DNA of 63,057 nucleotides, counting the filler, from Collodictyon triciliatum (lineage: Eukaryota), in the NCBI GenBank assembly GCA_043381765.1. It is 6 parts of 6 records of this genome, joined end to end, with 100 filler letters (N's around TTAATTAATTAA, not from the genome) between each part and the next. Parts side by side here need not be neighbours in the genome. Positions count along the whole stretch, not along the records: positions 57,609 to 63,057 come from JBHJMP010002442.1; 5 more parts are not named here. One strand, written 5' to 3'. The notes beneath the pieces were generated by a model. The model saw only the letters and a list, made by a program, of their open reading frames with translations. It was not told the origin of the DNA and did not search any database. Position 1 is the stretch's first letter. The number at the start of each line of letters is the position of its first letter. Shown in pieces: positions 57,679 to 63,057 of this stretch. The translations under genes were made by a program, and so were the position numbers.

Positions 57679-58454
57679 CATTTTCACGAGATGCTGGGAT
57701 GCACCCGGGGAGTTTGTGAAGAACTTTGCATCATATAGTTAAAATCTGTGTTTGTCTGTGTTTTTCTTCTTTTGAGGTACACGGTGCATCTTTGGATAGC
57801 TGTGTCATTTCTTGGCATCCGCATCCCATGAATCTGATGTTTTTATCAGAAGTGGGCTCTTCCGCATCTCTGGTGCATTTCTTTGATTACAATTTGTCTA
57901 TTTTATGTATTCCCGTGTCACGGATCTTTTAATGTTTTGGTGCGCGTTGTTTCTAGGAAAGTATGGCTCTTATTCGTTAAGTCTCTGATAAGACCCAGCT
58001 GGATTGCGACGCGTGGGTATGAGTGCTGGTGCTTGGTCGGTCCCTCGCTCATACGCCTTTCGAGCGATTTTATTGCGTGGTTTTAACTGTGATTTGAACA
58101 AGATATATGCGATGGCCTTTGTCACGCTTTGGAGGCGAGCAAACGCAATTTATAACGCACATAAATGATGCATATGTAAGACAAGAACAAGAAAACCAAC
58201 CACTTTCATTCTCCAATTCTTTCAGTCTGATTAGTGAGCAATAGATAATTAAGATATCTACAAAACGCACTGAAATAACCCACTCTCCTACACAAGCATA
58301 TGCCTTGGAAAAAAAAGAAGAAGAGTAAGAGAAGTGATAGAAAGAAAAGAGAAAAAAGAAAAAAACGAAAGACAAAAGACAAGACAGAAAAAAAGAAGGA
58401 AAGAAGGGGGAAAAAGTCAAGCAAATCCACACCACCCAGCGCCACAGTCATTCA

Positions 58455-61108
58455 ATGCCGGAAACAAAGCGCCGCCGCATAGAAGAAGGCTCAATCCTAC
58501 TCGCAACTCTCTTTGCCGTGTTCTCCACCAGCGTGGCCCAATCGTGGACCTTACTGACGGTACTTTCTGCCTCGGGCCCATCAACCTTTGAATACTTTGG
58601 GAGCAGCATTGTATTCGACAACACAACGCTCTTAGTGGCTGCACGCCAAGGCCAAGGCGTAGCCGGGAACTCAGGCTCGATCTTTGCCTTTCAACCCCAG
58701 AAGCACGCAAGCAGCTCGGGCTTTAGCAGCCGTACAAATGAGACTAATGAACCTGCTCATGCATGGATTCACACACAGACAATAACACCGAGCGCGTCAT
58801 CCGAGCTGGCACAGTTTGGCTTCAGCATTTCTCTGTCAGGAGACTTTCTGGCCGTGGGCGCTCCGGGAAACAACGTGGACTCAAAGATAGATATAGGCTC
58901 TGTTTTTATGTTTCAGCGCAGCGCTTCAAACAACATTGGGGCCAGCGTTTGGCAGGAGACTCAGGTCATCCACTCGCCTTTGGCGGCGGCCATGGATGAG
59001 TTTGGGACGGTTGTGGGCATAACGGGCTCGTTCTTGGCTGTATCGGCGCCCTTCGCAGATAGCCCAACAATCATGAACTGCGGGGCTGTTTATGTGTATG
59101 AGAATGTTCCTGATGCCCGGTCGCAAAAAGAGGCGTTCTGGAGGCTAAAGTATGCATGGACGCCCTCGAATATCGCAAAAGGTGAGAGCTTTGGATTCGC
59201 GCTGGCGGTGAATCCTTGGTTCATCGTGATTGGAGTCCCCTACAGGTCTGTCGGTGGGAAGGGGCAGAATGGGGCTGTGTATATCTCTTCAAAGTCCGGG
59301 AAGGAGTGGACTCTTCCAAAAGAAATAGGGACGGGTACACACGGGCTTGACTTTTATGGATTTTCTGTCTCGGTGGATGGATTTCGCATATTGATTGGAG
59401 CTCCGAATGCTAAAATATCAAAATGTACAAATGCTCCTGGAATGGTATATGTGATGGCTTGGTCGGGATATGACTGGAGAACCGTTCAGTCAATCACCTC
59501 CCCAGCAAAAGGGTGCCCGCGTAGATGGGGGTCTTCGGTGTTTCTTTCCTCAAACACCATGCTTGTGACTACTGGCTACGAATTTACAGACATTAGTGTA
59601 TTCAAGAAGAAAGAGCCAAGCCAAGATATCTGGTCGTTTGTCGAAGTTATTAGTGGCCATGTATCGGCGTTATCTTCTGATGGCAGGTACCTGGCCTTGG
59701 GGCAACCTGACTTGTTCTCAAAGAGCTATGTGTATCTCTACTATGACTCCCAATACAGAGGAAGTAAATGTTGTTTCGTATGCTATGTTTCTACTACATT
59801 ACTTTCGATGCGATACTAATATGTAATCTGGACTAGTTTGCTCTATGTGTGTATGCTTTTATTATGTTAGGATATTCTTCCTTTTTTCCTATCTTCCTTT
59901 CTTCCTTTCCTCTTTTTCCTCTTTTTCTTTCTCTCTTTTCTCTCTTTTCTCTCTTTTCTCTCTTTTCTCTCTTTTCTCTTTTCTTCTCTCTTCTCCTTTC
60001 TTCTCTTTTCTTCTCTTTTCTCTCTTTTCTCTCTTTTCTCTCTTTTCTCTTTTTTCTTTCTCTCTTTTCTCTCTTTTCATTCTTTTCATTCTTTTCTCTC
60101 TTTTCTCTCTTTTCTCTTCTCTTCTCTTTTCTTTTCTTCTCTTCTCTTCTCTTCTTTTCTCTTCTCTTCTCTTCTCTTCTCTTTTCTTCTCTTTTCTTCT
60201 CTTTTCTTCTCTTTTCTTCTCTTTTCTTCTCTTCTCTTCTCTTCTCTTCTCTTCTCTTCTCTTCTCTTCTCTCTCTTTTCTCTCTTTTCTCTCTTTTCTT
60301 CCTAGTTCTTCCTAGTTCTTCCTCTTATTTGTATGGATTTGAATATTTTTTTCTTATTCATTTCTATTATTATTTGGCAACATAGTGACAATATCTGCTT
60401 CAAATTCGCATATGAAGCCTTCAAGGTCCAGAACCATATCGAAGTCTAGATCAAAGAGGTGCGATAGGATGAACTGAGTATTTTTTTTTAAAAAAAAAAT
60501 CTATTCGTATTTGTAGTCATCTAAAGTGCATTATATTTAGCCAATCGCTACCTTACACAAAAAGCCAAAGCAGAACTCTGCAACAGACACAAAGGTTTTT
60601 CTGCTGCTTAAATTATATACTTTGGAGAGTATCATACAATAAATGTATTACTCATGCAAGAAATATATTATTTTTGATGAATACCAACTCACCTATATGC
60701 TTTATCGTCGGTTATTTTGGGTAACCTTGCGACACTTCCACTGGTTTTTAGTGATGGCCTTGAACCTAGGAGTATGTTATGAGAGCAACAACCCATTTCA
60801 TTCTGCAGATATACATTAATATCAGTATTTTTTTTATTTCAACTGAATCGAATTTCATTAAGTTTATGTTTTTACGATTAGGGGTCTCGGAAGATGATGG
60901 AAATGAGAATATGTTCGTCATTTATATCATAGCGTCGGCCTCGTGTCTTTGCTTTATATTCTCTGTCGTCTTTGTTGTTCGCTACATGCGGTACGCAAGG
61001 AGAAAAGAAGCTGTCGAGTTTGCTCTCCAAAGGCACGCTATTCTTCACGATAATCCTGCTGGTGAAGATACGAGTCTCATCTTCGACATCGAGAGGCAGG
61101 AGCTGTGA
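58455..61108 (+). CDS. FG-GAP (integrin-alpha-type beta-propeller) repeat type I membrane protein
   Basis: Signal-like ILLATLFAVFSTSVA; repeats YFGSSI..LLVAA, QFGFSISLSGDFLAVGAP, EFGTVV..LAVSAP, SFGFALA..IVIGVP, FYGFSVSV..ILIGAP, RWGSSV; small S/R-rich exons; last exon from ~60881 with TM MFVIYIIASASCLCFIFSVVFVV and a basic cytoplasmic tail. Confidence 0.8.
59880..60302. repeat. ~420-bp near-pure C/T polypyrimidine tract in the FG-GAP gene intron
   Basis: CTCTTTT/CTTCT units with almost no purines. Confidence 0.9.
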
Positions 61109-61808
61109 TTTGTTCAAAGAAAGAAAAAAAGGAAAAGGAAGATAGCAAGTAATAAAGTGAAAAAAAAAATGAGATGGGAAATTGAAAGACGGAGACGAAT
61201 TCCCAGTCGGCCCTTGAAATGAACAACTTCCAACGAATTAAAAATACTGCGCATGGCGGCTGTGTGCTCTTTATTCTCTTTTTCTTCTTTTCTATTTTCT
61301 GTTTTCTTTTTCTTTTTCTTTTTCTTTTCTTTTTCTTTTTCTTTTTCTTTTTCTTTTTCTTTTTCTTTTCTTTTTCTTTTCTTTTCTTTTTTTCTTTTTT
61401 CTTTTTCATTTATTTCTTTTTCATTTATTTCTTTTATCCTTTTTTATTTTTATTTCTTTTATCNNNNNNNNNNNNNNNNNNNNNNNNNNNNNNNNNNNNN
61501 NNNNNNNNNNNNNNNNNNNNNNNNNNNNNNNNNNNNNNNNNNNNNNNNNNNNNNNNNNNNNNNNNNNNNNNNNNNNNNNNNNNNNNNNNNNNNNNNNNNN
61601 NNNNNNNNNNNNNNNNNNNNNNNNNNNNNNNNNNNNNNNNNNNNNNNNNNNNNNNNNNNNNNNNNNNNNNNNNNNNNNNNNNNNNNNNNNNNNNNNNNNN
61701 NNNNNNNNNNNNNNNNNNNNNNNNNNNNNNNNNNNTTTCATTTCCTTGATGATTCGGCTCAATGAACAAAGTCTGTTTAAAACAGGTCGCTAGGCAGTCG
61801 GAAAAGAA

Positions 61809-63057
<1,249 letters not shown>

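Overview
AT-rich, intron-dense eukaryotic genomic DNA, most likely from a flagellated protist (species not identifiable from the sequence alone). It uses the standard code and GT-AG introns, with at least two GC-AG introns. The window is an artificial concatenation of about six unlinked scaffolds of ~11.4 kb, joined by N44-TTAATTAATTAA-N44 linkers, so gene neighbourhoods across linkers mean nothing. Hand-spliced genes: a cytochrome b5 of RLF/Irc21/CYB5R4-N type, an axonemal dynein light chain domain (AXDND1-like) coiled-coil protein, an LRR protein, a FolC-type folylpolyglutamate/dihydrofolate synthase, a Patched-family protein (3' truncated), the first exon of a mitochondrial carrier, a SAC9-like phosphoinositide phosphatase, a TPR-GT41 (OGT-like) glycosyltransferase, AMPK/SNF1 alpha, a soluble adenylyl cyclase-type (ADCY10/SgcA) cyclase-STAND protein, an FG-GAP beta-propeller type I membrane protein and a partial unknown gene. 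The most interesting signals are three. (1) The OGT-like enzyme carries tandem PDI-like thioredoxin-fold domains at its N-terminus, suggesting a secretory-pathway GT41. (2) The SAC9-like protein has lost the catalytic Arg of CX5R and other basic residues, so it is a likely pseudophosphatase. (3) The sAC-type cyclase has non-adenylyl specificity residues. Family assignments come from recalled motifs, not database searches.
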